Origin: a virus
Lineage: Duplodnaviria; Caudoviricetes
Reading direction: 5' to 3' (one strand)
IMG/VR virus record: IMGVR_UViG_3300035183_000546
Coordinates: 1-61,137 of that record
Length of the DNA: 61,137 bases
The translations under genes were made by a program, and so were the position numbers. Under the pieces are notes generated by a model that saw only the letters and a program-made list of their open reading frames with translations, did no database searches and was not told the DNA's origin. Every line of letters starts with the position of its first letter. Position 1 is the stretch's first letter. Positions 1 through 9,646 of this stretch are shown one piece after another.

Positions 1-41
1 TACTCGCTTTTAAAGTAGCAGTTGCAAATAAAAATTTTCAT

Positions 42-233
42 TTGTCTCAGAAAATTGAAAATGTCGAAACGGTTAAAAAGTTTATTGAGTTTGTTCGAAA
101 TAACTATATTTTACAAAATTTCGAGTTCGAAAGTATAGCAACGAAAATTTCGAACAAATCTGACGAGCTCAATTTACGTTTCACGTTGGAGCTTTGTAAA
201 TTACATTTGAGTTCGAATAATTCTAAAAATTAA
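42..233 (+). CDS. hypothetical protein (start uncertain, TTG)
   Basis: ORF track; tandem with the next ORF, which is followed by a terminator. Confidence 0.45.
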   Translation: MSQKIENVETVKKFIEFVRNNYILQNFEFESIATKISNKSDELNLRFTLELCKLHLSSNNSKN

Positions 234-242
234 AAAAAATTT

Positions 243-512
243 ATGGAATTGTTTGAATTGAATAAACTTTCTAAGGAGTTTCACAAAAAAACAGGGGGCG
301 AAATTTTAGCTCCCTGTTTTCATAACAGTAACCAAGGTTTTATCTTTTTTTACTTTATTTTACCCGAAAATGATAAGGAGGTAAATATGTGGACTGTTGC
401 CAATTTTGCAATGGGTTACTTTCCTTGTGAGTATGCTATCCAAATAATTTTTAAAAAAAATAGCAACACAATGGGTAAAATTTTGTTAAAATCCATGGAA
501 AGTTTAAATTGA
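243..512 (+). CDS. hypothetical protein
   Basis: ATG after A/T-rich leader; followed by a terminator. Confidence 0.6.
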   Translation: MELFELNKLSKEFHKKTGGEILAPCFHNSNQGFIFFYFILPENDKEVNMWTVANFAMGYFPCEYAIQIIFKKNSNTMGKILLKSMESLN

Positions 513-520
513 TTTTTCTT

Positions 521-554
521 ATGGATATTGTCCCATGACAATATCCATTTTTTT
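521..554 (+). terminator. Rho-independent terminator
   Basis: ATGGATATTGTC-ccat-GACAATATCCAT perfect 12-bp stem followed by a T-run. Confidence 0.85.
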
Positions 555-657
555 AATTAAATAAAATTGCTAAAAGCCCGGTTGATAGCTGCCAGCCCTA
601 TGCCTTGTGAGCCTTAGGGTCTCCCGAGCAACACCCCCCCGTTCCCCGCTACACACT

Positions 658-678
658 AAAAAAAGCCCCGCAAGGCCT
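658..678 (-). terminator. probable terminator of the minus-strand small-gene operon
   Basis: Reverse complement aggccu-ugcg-gggc followed by a U7 run, downstream of ORF 814. Confidence 0.5.
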
Positions 679-813
679 AATCTTACTAAAAATTCTGGGA
701 AAAATTTAATCTACTGTATATGGGGATTTCACTAAAGCCCTATAATCCAACATCAAATCCCATTTCCCCATAGCACTTACAACTACTCTCTCAGTTTTTT
801 TCTTTTTGGGTGA

Positions 814-1098
814 TTATTTAGATCCCTGCATTTGCTTCTGTACCTCAGCTTCGAAGAACTCATTTAACTTAAACATTAATTGTTCTATTGCTGATGCCCA
901 TTCTAAATTATCTTTCATCTGATAACTCAATGCCTGGATCGATAAAAGTGCAGCTACATTACCCGCCATAAAAGCTCTACGTTGCTCATTTTTTTGTATT
1001 TCGGGCATTTCTGATTCACAAACACCTATTAAAGATAAATACCTTTGATAATTTTCTTCAGGGTCCTCCGCACACAGATCATTTAGAGATTTAGTCAT
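814..1098 (-). CDS. hypothetical protein (start MTKSLND)
   Basis: ATG at 1098 overlaps the TGA of the upstream ORF (ATGA coupling), so preferred over the GTG start at 1281. Confidence 0.65.
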   Translation of the reverse strand: MTKSLNDLCAEDPEENYQRYLSLIGVCESEMPEIQKNEQRRAFMAGNVAALLSIQALSYQMKDNLEWASAIEQLMFKLNEFFEAEVQKQMQGSK

Positions 1099-1322
1099 GG
1101 TTTTGAGTTTACTATTATAGTATTTAGTGCTAAATACAATGCTATTATAGGTGTAAAAATCATGAAAGAATTCTTTTGTGGGTTTGACCAGGTGTTTAAA
1201 TCCCAACTTCCTACTATTAAAGCGAATACTAAACTTGTAATTACATAATACACTAGTGTTAGTATTATAAATTGTTTCCACTTAAAAGCTTTGGGTTTAT
1301 TTGTGGGATCTGAGCTAAGCAT
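1095..1322 (-). CDS. small membrane protein (2 hydrophobic segments)
   Basis: FIILTLVYYVITSLVFALIVG and FMIFTPIIALYLAL; translationally coupled to the next gene. Confidence 0.55.
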   Translation of the reverse strand: MLSSDPTNKPKAFKWKQFIILTLVYYVITSLVFALIVGSWDLNTWSNPQKNSFMIFTPIIALYLALNTIIVNSKP

Positions 1323-1431
1323 TGTGGTTTTATTTAAAGAGTAATAACTAGCAAGTTTATATTAGTTTTATAGTTTACCACAAAAGTAGTAAAACTATAA
1401 AACTAGAATAACACCTAATAAACCTGTGGGT

Positions 1432-1776
1432 TTATTTATTTTCTATAGAAATTGTGTTAGAATTAGGAGAAGAGAGCTCTTTTTTGGGGATTTCGTTTTT
1501 AATAACAGCTGCTAAAGGTATGTATGATTCTAGGGGTATATAAAATACTAAAGTGCGGGTATTAAAGTTATGCTCTTCGGTAGTTGACCTGCAATTTTTA
1601 CCCCATTTACATGGAGAGATTTTCACTGTTAGTCCCGATACTACCCCATTCCAGGCTTCTAAAAGCTCAGATCGATCTAAACTTTCACTACTATACAGTA
1701 AAGCATCACACACGCGACAACGTATATGGATTGCGTACTCGCGTTTTTTAGAGCCTGCATTAACTACTTTGGGCAT
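1432..1776 (-). CDS. hypothetical protein, possible Zn-binding (CxxC...C...C)
   Basis: CRVC, SPCKWGKNC; part of the minus-strand operon. Confidence 0.6.
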   Translation of the reverse strand: MPKVVNAGSKKREYAIHIRCRVCDALLYSSESLDRSELLEAWNGVVSGLTVKISPCKWGKNCRSTTEEHNFNTRTLVFYIPLESYIPLAAVIKNEIPKKELSSPNSNTISIENK

Positions 1777-1784
1777 ATAAATTC

Positions 1785-2003
1785 TCAGTTTAAATTTAAA
1801 AGTATTACCCTGTAAGTTTTTTCTTCACCTGTACTAAGTATCATAAGCCCAGGGTCTACAGAAGAATAAATATCGCGTAGTTTTACTAAATCTTCACCCT
1901 GAGCACTTGTTAAAAGCATTACTTTTTTGCCCAATTTTAAACTGGATAGGGCAGATATAGCAGCTACTTTAATCAAGGCTGATTGTTGAGGCGTAATCAT
2001 CAC
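1785..2003 (-). CDS. hypothetical protein
   Basis: Tightly packed in the minus-strand operon. Confidence 0.55.
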   Translation of the reverse strand: MMITPQQSALIKVAAISALSSLKLGKKVMLLTSAQGEDLVKLRDIYSSVDPGLMILSTGEEKTYRVILLNLN

Positions 2004-2013
2004 TTGTGAAGTA

Positions 2014-2292
2014 TTAGGGTGATTCTTCTACGGGGTCATTTATAGCTTCGGAATATTCAACATACCAATGACCCAAAAATATAGAGGCATTGTATAGCTG
2101 GTACAAATAACCCCCATATATACGAGTAATATAAAGGTATATACCTGTGTTTCTAGCTAAATCGTTAGTATTTTCAAAATCTATCCAGGTAATCCCATCC
2201 CTATAAAGCTGAGAATAAGTATTAAGCGTTATTTTCAATGTTCTGTGCAGTTTCAAATTTTTCAGTTTTTCGAGTATCAGAGAAGAGCTCAT
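2014..2292 (-). CDS. hypothetical protein
   Basis: Tightly packed in the minus-strand operon. Confidence 0.6.
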   Translation of the reverse strand: MSSSLILEKLKNLKLHRTLKITLNTYSQLYRDGITWIDFENTNDLARNTGIYLYITRIYGGYLYQLYNASIFLGHWYVEYSEAINDPVEESP

Positions 2293-2391
2293 TAGTTATA
2301 AAGTTTTAAATTATTTTGTATGTTTTTAAGTCTTCTTGTACACTGCGCTAATTTAGGTTTACTACAGTGCCATCAAAGTCCCAATAAATAA

Positions 2392-2724
2392 TCATAAAAC
2401 AATAGGGGTTAATTCACCTAATAATAAGTTTTGATTTTTTACGCTAACTTCTTGGGCTGTTATAATGTATTTAGCTGGGTGTATTTTATTGAGAAGGTTT
2501 AATTGGATGGATGCGAAAAACTTAGCTTGTTCAAGCGTATCATCTAATACGTCGTGAATAATTACTTTATTAGTATGTGGGTTATTAAAGTAAAACCTAT
2601 AAAAACTAATTACTTCTATAGGTAAGGGTACAGCTGTGGGGGGTATTACACTACCCGGTTCTAGTTTTACTACGCTTTTAGTAAATTCGGATTCAATAAT
2701 ATATAAGTTAGCGTTTATTTTCAT
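2392..2724 (-). CDS. hypothetical protein
   Basis: ATGA overlap with the upstream ORF. Confidence 0.6.
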   Translation of the reverse strand: MKINANLYIIESEFTKSVVKLEPGSVIPPTAVPLPIEVISFYRFYFNNPHTNKVIIHDVLDDTLEQAKFFASIQLNLLNKIHPAKYIITAQEVSVKNQNLLLGELTPIVL

Positions 2725-3020
2725 GTATATAAGCTATATAAGCTTCTGATTTCTACGGGGAGTTGGTTAATAAATACCATGCGCTCAGCTTCAGGTTTGT
2801 GCATTAAATACCTATAGAGTGCGTCCACGAGAATATCGTTTATCTCTCTATCTTTTTCCCTTATTTTTGAGCATAAGGCTTCTTGGTGGGAACTTATACC
2901 ATTCTCCCAGTGCTGATGGATTTCTAAGTTATCCATTAGGGTATCATATTCAGCTTTTAAAGTCGTGTAATTGGAGTTAGTCGCTAAAAATAAAGAAAAT
3001 GAAAAAAAATCGAAGTTCAT
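2721..3020 (-). CDS. hypothetical protein
   Basis: First gene of the minus-strand operon, divergent from the methyltransferase. Confidence 0.6.
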   Translation of the reverse strand: MNFDFFSFSLFLATNSNYTTLKAEYDTLMDNLEIHQHWENGISSHQEALCSKIREKDREINDILVDALYRYLMHKPEAERMVFINQLPVEIRSLYSLYT

Positions 3021-3086
3021 GAATTTATATAGTATGGGGTGATCTGGTTTATGCTACAGCGTACGCAACACTAGTTTAGCATAGAT

Positions 3087-4127
3087 ATGCGGATAATTGG
3101 AGTATGTAGCGGTAATGGCGTTAGCCTTTTTCCGTTTAAAGAAGATATTGTTTTAGCCATAGAACCAAGAGCTAAGTTTAAGTTTAAAAATAATGAGCAA
3201 TGGAAATTGAATTTTAATAGTATACCCTTGTATACACAAGTATGTTTTCCTGTAGCTAAGAATATAACAGCTATTATAGGTCATCCTAATTGTGGGAACA
3301 CTTCTAACTTAGCCTATTCGCGAGCTAAGCGTCAAAAAAATCCTTTGGGGGATATAACTGTAGATTTCTTTATCCGTGCGATAAATTTTTATAAGCCCAA
3401 AGTATTTTTCTTTGAAAACTTACCTAAATTGTTACATTATTTACCTAAAGAAAAGCTCTTAGAGCTATGGCCAAACTATAATTTACTTATTACTTGTGGA
3501 TCTGTAGCTAAATGGGGAAATTCCCAGATTTCTAGAGAACGATTAGTTATAATAGGTTTCCGAAAAAATTTAATGCCCGGAATTTTAGAATGCGCTAAAA
3601 GCTTCAAAATCCCTAAATATGAACTAAAAACTACACAAGAATTACTACAAGGTTTAACTTACCCCGATGAAAAGCTCTGCCATATCCGGGAACCTTTCAA
3701 CACTATTGTTTGTATGGAAAAGGATTATCAAAAATTGACTTTAGCTCAAGTTAAAACAATCTGGAATACTGAATTAAAGGGTAAAAAGAGATGGGATGCT
3801 ACTACTACAGGTAAAGGAAATATGAAAAATTTACCTGGAGTATATCGTAATTTAGCGAAAGATTTACCTTTAACAGTTAGGGAGCAGCTAAGACAATTTA
3901 ATCCCGATGGTGAAGTATTAACTCCAAGGGAAATTGCGAGAATCCAAGGTATACCAGATGACTTTAAGCTTTGGTATGAGCCTACTAAAGCTAAGTATTG
4001 CTTAAATAAAGCTCGAATTACTTGTGCTAAAGGACCTCCTTATGAATTATTGAATTACTTTAAAGCTTTACTAACATACCTCGATAATCAAAATCTGCTT
4101 AAAAACTATAAACAGCTGAATAGTTAG
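3087..4127 (+). CDS. DNA (cytosine-5)-methyltransferase, divergent
   Basis: Motif I-like VCSGNG, IV-like GHPNCG, VI FFENL, VIII QISRER, IX LTPREIARIQGIPDDF. Confidence 0.85.
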   Translation: MRIIGVCSGNGVSLFPFKEDIVLAIEPRAKFKFKNNEQWKLNFNSIPLYTQVCFPVAKNITAIIGHPNCGNTSNLAYSRAKRQKNPLGDITVDFFIRAINFYKPKVFFFENLPKLLHYLPKEKLLELWPNYNLLITCGSVAKWGNSQISRERLVIIGFRKNLMPGILECAKSFKIPKYELKTTQELLQGLTYPDEKLCHIREPFNTIVCMEKDYQKLTLAQVKTIWNTELKGKKRWDATTTGKGNMKNLPGVYRNLAKDLPLTVREQLRQFNPDGEVLTPREIARIQGIPDDFKLWYEPTKAKYCLNKARITCAKGPPYELLNYFKALLTYLDNQNLLKNYKQLNS

Positions 4128-4151
4128 TATTACAGGAAAAAAACATATATT

Positions 4152-4814
4152 ATGGTGAACATAAACACTTCTAAGAGGTTACGTTCTGGGCAATACTACC
4201 CCCAAACTAACACCAAAACTAGTATATTTTTACACCATACTGCAGGATCTACTGCAGAAAGTACTCTTGAATGGTGGGATCATACTCCCGATATAATAGG
4301 TACAGCTTATGTAATAGATCGAAATGGTCAAATTTACGAAGCTTTTGATCCCTCACGATGGGCTTACCATTTAGGTATACCCAATTTAAAAACTAATATC
4401 CAAAGGACTTCTATAGGTATAGAATTAGTTAGTTTGGGGGGATTAAAACCCGGGGTAAATAATAGAGCTATGTTTTATCCACTTTGGCCAAATACTGATA
4501 AAGGTAAAGCTATTGAACCATCAGAAGTATATAGTATGCCCAATAAAGTTGAATGGCGTGGTTATACTATGTTTCATAAGTATACACTGGAACAAATCGA
4601 AAATTGTATTGGTTTAATGGCTTACTTGATCGAAAAGTTTAAAATTACAGTACAGAAAGATTTGACGCGTTTTTATGAGTATAACCCTGAAGTATTTAGG
4701 CTAAATTTACCAGGAATATGGTCCCATACTACTGTTAGAAGTGATAAATCAGATATTTATCCTGATCCTTTTCTTTTAGATGCTATTCATAGAGCTTTCG
4801 GAACCTCGAAATAA
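4152..4814 (+). CDS. N-acetylmuramoyl-L-alanine amidase (Amidase_2 endolysin)
   Basis: IFLHHTAG, AYVIDRNG, AYHLG, SIGIEL, SH...KSD Zn-amidase motifs. Confidence 0.88.
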   Translation: MVNINTSKRLRSGQYYPQTNTKTSIFLHHTAGSTAESTLEWWDHTPDIIGTAYVIDRNGQIYEAFDPSRWAYHLGIPNLKTNIQRTSIGIELVSLGGLKPGVNNRAMFYPLWPNTDKGKAIEPSEVYSMPNKVEWRGYTMFHKYTLEQIENCIGLMAYLIEKFKITVQKDLTRFYEYNPEVFRLNLPGIWSHTTVRSDKSDIYPDPFLLDAIHRAFGTSK

Positions 4815-4832
4815 CAATCACTAATTATATAC

Positions 4833-4884
4833 ACTAGAGGGGGTTATAATATATATACTAAAGTATATATTATACCCCTCTAGT
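4833..4884. repeat. long imperfect inverted repeat (hairpin)
   Basis: ACTAGAGGGG..TATAATATATATACT / AGTATATATTATA-CCCCTCTAGT. Confidence 0.8.
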
Positions 4885-4910
4885 ATTTAAGTAAATTTTT
4901 TAACTTTTAA

Positions 4911-4933
4911 CTACGTACTACGTACCACGTACT
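4911..4933 (+). repeat. 7-bp tandem repeat x3.3
   Basis: CTACGTA CTACGTA CCACGTA CT immediately before ATG 4934. Confidence 0.85.
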
Positions 4934-5614
4934 ATGAAAACTGAGATTTTAAGGCAATTTTTCGGAATACTCAAATTCGCAGCAGTGATTATTATACTTT
5001 TACTAGTATTTAAGCGTTTAGAGATCTCCGATAATGTACTCAACTCAGCTCTAAACAAACATACTGACAGCCTTATAGCCGCTATAGCTTACAAAATACC
5101 AAAAATACAGGGTTCAGAATCAAAACCTACTACAGTTATTCGTTATACTCCTCCAATTTCTACTAATACACTTAGTTTAGACTCTGTATTAAGGGTAGTA
5201 GACAGCTTAAATAAGCGTATAGCTGAGATAAACCCAGTGTTTATTACTTACGAACCTCAAAAACCCAAGCTTTTGTATGCTAAATTTACGGATAAATCTA
5301 TAGCGTTAGATTTACTTAGAGTCGATGGTAGTATTTATAGGGATAATTTTAACGTAGATTACACTAAATATGATTACGAATGGCAAGGAACTAATTTAGT
5401 GGCTTCTGGGCGCAAATACTCTTTGAAAACCCCTCAAAAAATTACTCTGTGGAGTCATCTTAAGTATGAAATTCTACAGGGTGAGCCTGAAGTTGGGTTA
5501 GAAGTTCGCTTAAATCTGTTTAAACATCTAGAATTAGCGGGTCAAACTAGTTTTTACTATACTAGCAAAGTAGAGCCTAAGATTGCTATTACGTTGAGTA
5601 AACAGCTAAAATAA
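4934..5614 (+). CDS. membrane-anchored protein, putative spanin-like lysis protein
   Basis: N-terminal TM (FAAVIIILLLVF); directly follows the endolysin; C-terminal amphipathic beta-like segments. Confidence 0.5.
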   Translation: MKTEILRQFFGILKFAAVIIILLLVFKRLEISDNVLNSALNKHTDSLIAAIAYKIPKIQGSESKPTTVIRYTPPISTNTLSLDSVLRVVDSLNKRIAEINPVFITYEPQKPKLLYAKFTDKSIALDLLRVDGSIYRDNFNVDYTKYDYEWQGTNLVASGRKYSLKTPQKITLWSHLKYEILQGEPEVGLEVRLNLFKHLELAGQTSFYYTSKVEPKIAITLSKQLK

Positions 5615-8103
5615 TGATTGTAGCACCTAGAGTTAAACGCGTAAAAACAGCGGTATTCACGCGTTATCTTTCGGAAAAGGAATTTGAGATATTAAAAGAA
5701 GTAAGGACTAATGTTTTTAGCTTTTTAAAGTTTATCTGGGTGATTCACCCTGTAAGGGGTAAAGTACCATTTGACCTATACCCCTTCCAAACTACTACGC
5801 TTTACGAATTTTTAAAAAATCGCTTTACTATTATTCTGAAATTTCGCCAAGCAGGATTAACTGAACTAATAGCTGCTTATTGTTTATGGCTAGCTATGTA
5901 CCAGTCTAATAAAAATATCATTATCCTGTCTATTAAAGAGCGTGTAGCTAAGAAATTACTTAAGCGGATAAAGTTTATGTACCGCAATTTACCAGATTAT
6001 TTAAAGGTACCCATTATTAATGGTCGGGGTGAAGAACTGGGTACTAGTACAGATTTAGAATTTGCTTCGGGATCTGTTATTACTTCTGTACCGACTACCG
6101 AAGATGTGGGGCGGTCTGAAGCTGCTTCATTGTTGGTCATAGATGAAGCTGCTATTATCAGATGGGCTGATCAAATTTGGGCGGCTATTTTCCCAACTAT
6201 ATCCACTGGTGGTTCTGCAATTGTTAATTCATGTGTTACTGGTGATACAGAGATTATCGGTAGAAATGGCAATTTTAAAATAGAGCAAGTTTGTCCCAAA
6301 GAATTTGGGGTACAAGATATAAGGTTTATGAACTTAGAAGTACTAACACATAAACTACAGTGGAAAAAAGCTATATATGGATTAAACAAGGGTAACCTAG
6401 AAACTTGGGAAATACAAAATGAATTTGGTGATACAATAAAATGTACTCCTGCTCATAAATTCTTAACCCCCTTTGGTTGGCGTTCTGCCGAAGAAATTGT
6501 AAATAAAAACCTTTATACAATTATTTATAATCATGGCATCAGTAAACTAGAAAAGCCACCCATAACTATACCCCCACAATATGAGGTATTAAAAGAAATA
6601 AGCGGTTTTCCAAATTACCTAATTTCTAACTTGGGTAAGGTATACTACAAGGAAAATAAAAAAGAAAAAGAAGCTAAGCCCAATAAATTAGGCTATAGGA
6701 GAATAAAATTGTGGTCAAGCGGTAAAAATAAAACTTTTCATATATCAAACTTAGTAGCTGAGCATTTTATTGGTAAAATACCCCTGGGTTATGTGGTAGA
6801 CCACATAAATTGTATAACTACAGATGATTATGTCACTAACCTTCAAATAATAACAAAAGCAGAAAATGCTAAAAGGGCTGCTAAATTTAGCCGGGGATTA
6901 AATTTGAATACCAATACTGGTAAAGGGGCTCCTGATCTTCAATTAGTTGGGTATATAAAATATCTCCATGAGCATAAAAACTATGAGCCCGATAAAATTA
7001 TAAGTAGGGTAGAAAGGAAATTTCATAAGCTAATAAGCAGGGCATATATAAGTAGGATAGTTAATAATAAGCGTAATACTAATGTTAAACTTTCTAAACT
7101 CTTCATTAAAAGAAAGTTTAGCGAAACAATTTACGATATAACGGTCGAAGGTGATGAATCCTACATTTCTAATTCTAACTATATATCCCATAACACTCCC
7201 TATGGTGCGGGTAATTGGTTTCATCGTATGTGGGTTGCAGCTTGTTCTGGAGGAAATAATTTTGTACCTATAAGGTTAAGGTGGCAAATGCACCCCGAAA
7301 GAGATCAGGCATGGTATAACGAAATGGCTGCTCAACTTGGTCCTAAACGTACAGCTCAAGAAATAGATGGGGATTTTTTAACTTCGGGATCATCTGTTTT
7401 CCATTTACCAGATATAAAAGCTATTGAAGATGAGCTTAGGGATTTAAGCTATGAAGAACCCCCAAGTATGGGCGGAAAACTTCTAACTTATAAAAGGCCT
7501 CGTCCGGGTATTCGTTATTTTTTGGGCGCGGATATTTCTACGGGTAGAGCTAAGGACTACAGTGCTTATTCTATTTTAGATGAAGAAGGGACAGAAGTAG
7601 AGTGTTTTAAAGCTAAAATACCACCGAATGAGTTTGCTGATTTAATTATGCGCCGGGGAAAACGTTACAATAATGCGTTGTTAGCACCAGAAACTAATGA
7701 TATAGGCTTAGCTGTAACCTCCCGAGTTCAAGCTCAAGGTTACCCCAGGCTTTACTATTCTAAAAAATTACTCAAAGCTAAAGGTAAGAGCAAATATGAA
7801 GAACAAGTGGTCCCCGGATGGCTTACTACTAGTAAAAACCGGCCAGTAATTATTAGTGAATTAGAAGAAGACCTGAGACTAGATAATATATATGTAACCA
7901 ATCCATTCTTTGTACAGGAAGCTTATACATTTATCTATGACGATAGGAATAAACCTATAGCTATGGGTAAAAATAGGACTTCCAAGGAAGCAAGCGATAA
8001 TTTAGCTTCAGAAACTTTTACGGATGATAGTATATTGGCTTTAGCCATTACTAATCATATACGTAAAACTAAATCAATAGGGCCTATTATTTTACCTCGC
8101 TAA
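5614..8103 (+). CDS. terL: terminase large subunit containing an intein
   Basis: LYPFQ, KFRQAGLT (Walker A variant), LLVIDEAA (Walker B), NS|TP coupling motif split by the intein, GADIS nuclease motif. Confidence 0.95.
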   Translation: MIVAPRVKRVKTAVFTRYLSEKEFEILKEVRTNVFSFLKFIWVIHPVRGKVPFDLYPFQTTTLYEFLKNRFTIILKFRQAGLTELIAAYCLWLAMYQSNKNIIILSIKERVAKKLLKRIKFMYRNLPDYLKVPIINGRGEELGTSTDLEFASGSVITSVPTTEDVGRSEAASLLVIDEAAIIRWADQIWAAIFPTISTGGSAIVNSCVTGDTEIIGRNGNFKIEQVCPKEFGVQDIRFMNLEVLTHKLQWKKAIYGLNKGNLETWEIQNEFGDTIKCTPAHKFLTPFGWRSAEEIVNKNLYTIIYNHGISKLEKPPITIPPQYEVLKEISGFPNYLISNLGKVYYKENKKEKEAKPNKLGYRRIKLWSSGKNKTFHISNLVAEHFIGKIPLGYVVDHINCITTDDYVTNLQIITKAENAKRAAKFSRGLNLNTNTGKGAPDLQLVGYIKYLHEHKNYEPDKIISRVERKFHKLISRAYISRIVNNKRNTNVKLSKLFIKRKFSETIYDITVEGDESYISNSNYISHNTPYGAGNWFHRMWVAACSGGNNFVPIRLRWQMHPERDQAWYNEMAAQLGPKRTAQEIDGDFLTSGSSVFHLPDIKAIEDELRDLSYEEPPSMGGKLLTYKRPRPGIRYFLGADISTGRAKDYSAYSILDEEGTEVECFKAKIPPNEFADLIMRRGKRYNNALLAPETNDIGLAVTSRVQAQGYPRLYYSKKLLKAKGKSKYEEQVVPGWLTTSKNRPVIISELEEDLRLDNIYVTNPFFVQEAYTFIYDDRNKPIAMGKNRTSKEASDNLASETFTDDSILALAITNHIRKTKSIGPIILPR
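6232..7194 (+). mobile_element. intein (321 aa) with NUMOD4/HNH homing endonuclease
   Basis: Starts CVTGDTEI, block B CTPAHKF, ends YDITV...SHN followed by Thr; internal YLISNLGKV and VVDHIN...VTNLQIITKAEN. Confidence 0.92.
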
Positions 8104-8104
8104 G

Positions 8105-9646
8105 ATGGCTAATTTTTTACTTCAACTTTACAATCGAGTTTTTAGGGATTCGAACACCCCTAAGACTATGCCCCCTCGTAAAATAGATCCCAAGGTGTTC
8201 CCCACTGAGCGTATCAGTGAAATGCCTAGAAGCTCAGCGGGTATACTTGAGCTTAAGGATAAGCTAAATATATTTAAACCCGAATTTAGCTTTGAAATGA
8301 TCCCTATAATTAGGAAGCTGGTCAAGCTAAACCCCAATTTGGGTCAAGCTTTAGATAATATAGTGCAGCTGGGTAATACCGGTCACGATATAGTGTTTGA
8401 TTCTGGGGTTAGTGTTAAGGAAGTAGATAATATGAATAGGTGGTTAAACGACCGTAAACATACGTGGTGTGAAGGACAGGCAGGAATGGACGGAGTAGTT
8501 AACCGGATGATCAGCCAATTAATGATTAGCGGGGCTACTGCTACAGAATGGGTACCCCGTAGAGATTTAAAGGGTATCCATTCAATTGTTTTTATTAATC
8601 CCGAAACTATACGGTGGGGTTTTGATAGGCGGTCACAAAAGTGGATCCCCTACCAGAAAGTTGAAAATTCTTTAAACAAAGAATTAATTAAGCTTAACCC
8701 TTTAACTTTTAGGTATTATGCGCTAAACGGGGATGAAGATACTCCCTATGGTTTTCCACCATATCTAGCAGCTTTAGAAGCTGTGTCTATGCAAATGACA
8801 ATGCTAGATAATATCAAGTTTATAGTGGGCCAGTTGGGTTTATTGGGTTTTTTACATGCTCTAATACAAAAACCTGAACAGCAAGCTAACGAAAGCATAT
8901 CTGCTTATACCCAAAGGTTAGAAAAATTCCTTACTGAAACTCGGGATAGTTTAGCTAAAGGTTTTAGACAGGGTATTTTAGTGGGCTATAAGGATGATAC
9001 TGAGTTTGACTTTCACAGTACTACCCGTAATTTAGACGGTATGTCTGAGCTCTACCAGCTAAATGAGCTTAATTTTGCTTCTGGCGCTAAAATGGATGCT
9101 GCAATGTGGGGACGGGGTTATGCTACTTCAGAAACCCAGATTAATGTAGTTTTTTCTAAGCTATTAGCCCAACTTAAAAATATACAGAATATCTTAAAGG
9201 CTAATTTAGAGTTTGGTTATACTTTGGAATTGAGGATGGCGGGTTACAATTTTAATAACCTTACAGTTGTTTTTAATCCTTCTACAGCTGTAGATAAGCT
9301 AAAAGAGCAACAAGCAGAAGAGTATAAGCTTCGTAATTCTCTTATACTTTACTATTCAGGTATAATCAGCTTAGATGAGTTTGCTCGGAGGCATGGTTAT
9401 GAAGCTCCGGATCAAAAAGATATAAGATATTTAGTAAATAATCCTATAACTCCAGAGGAGGCTGCTGAAAAAAGACGGAATCAAAAATCTAAAAGCGCTT
9501 CGGATACTCGCGATAAGCGTAAACGTAAATCTTCTACTAAGCAGTCAGGGGATTTAGCTGAATTATTAATGTTATTGTACGAGCCTAAAGAATCTATAAA
9601 GCAAAAACTCTCTAAATTTACGTCAGATGCCGTTGATGTCTATTAA
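8105..9646 (+). CDS. portal protein
   Basis: 513 aa directly after terL, helical, PYGFPP motif, charged C-terminal tail. Confidence 0.8.
   Translation: MANFLLQLYNRVFRDSNTPKTMPPRKIDPKVFPTERISEMPRSSAGILELKDKLNIFKPEFSFEMIPIIRKLVKLNPNLGQALDNIVQLGNTGHDIVFDSGVSVKEVDNMNRWLNDRKHTWCEGQAGMDGVVNRMISQLMISGATATEWVPRRDLKGIHSIVFINPETIRWGFDRRSQKWIPYQKVENSLNKELIKLNPLTFRYYALNGDEDTPYGFPPYLAALEAVSMQMTMLDNIKFIVGQLGLLGFLHALIQKPEQQANESISAYTQRLEKFLTETRDSLAKGFRQGILVGYKDDTEFDFHSTTRNLDGMSELYQLNELNFASGAKMDAAMWGRGYATSETQINVVFSKLLAQLKNIQNILKANLEFGYTLELRMAGYNFNNLTVVFNPSTAVDKLKEQQAEEYKLRNSLILYYSGIISLDEFARRHGYEAPDQKDIRYLVNNPITPEEAAEKRRNQKSKSASDTRDKRKRKSSTKQSGDLAELLMLLYEPKESIKQKLSKFTSDAVDVY

Noticed and set aside
1099-1281. 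N-terminal extension of ORF 814..1281
   Set aside because: It overlaps the membrane-protein ORF 1095..1322; the ATG at 1098 gives clean ATGA coupling
1553-1780. Plus-strand ORF 1553..1780
   Set aside because: Antisense to 1432..1776 within a consistent minus-strand operon
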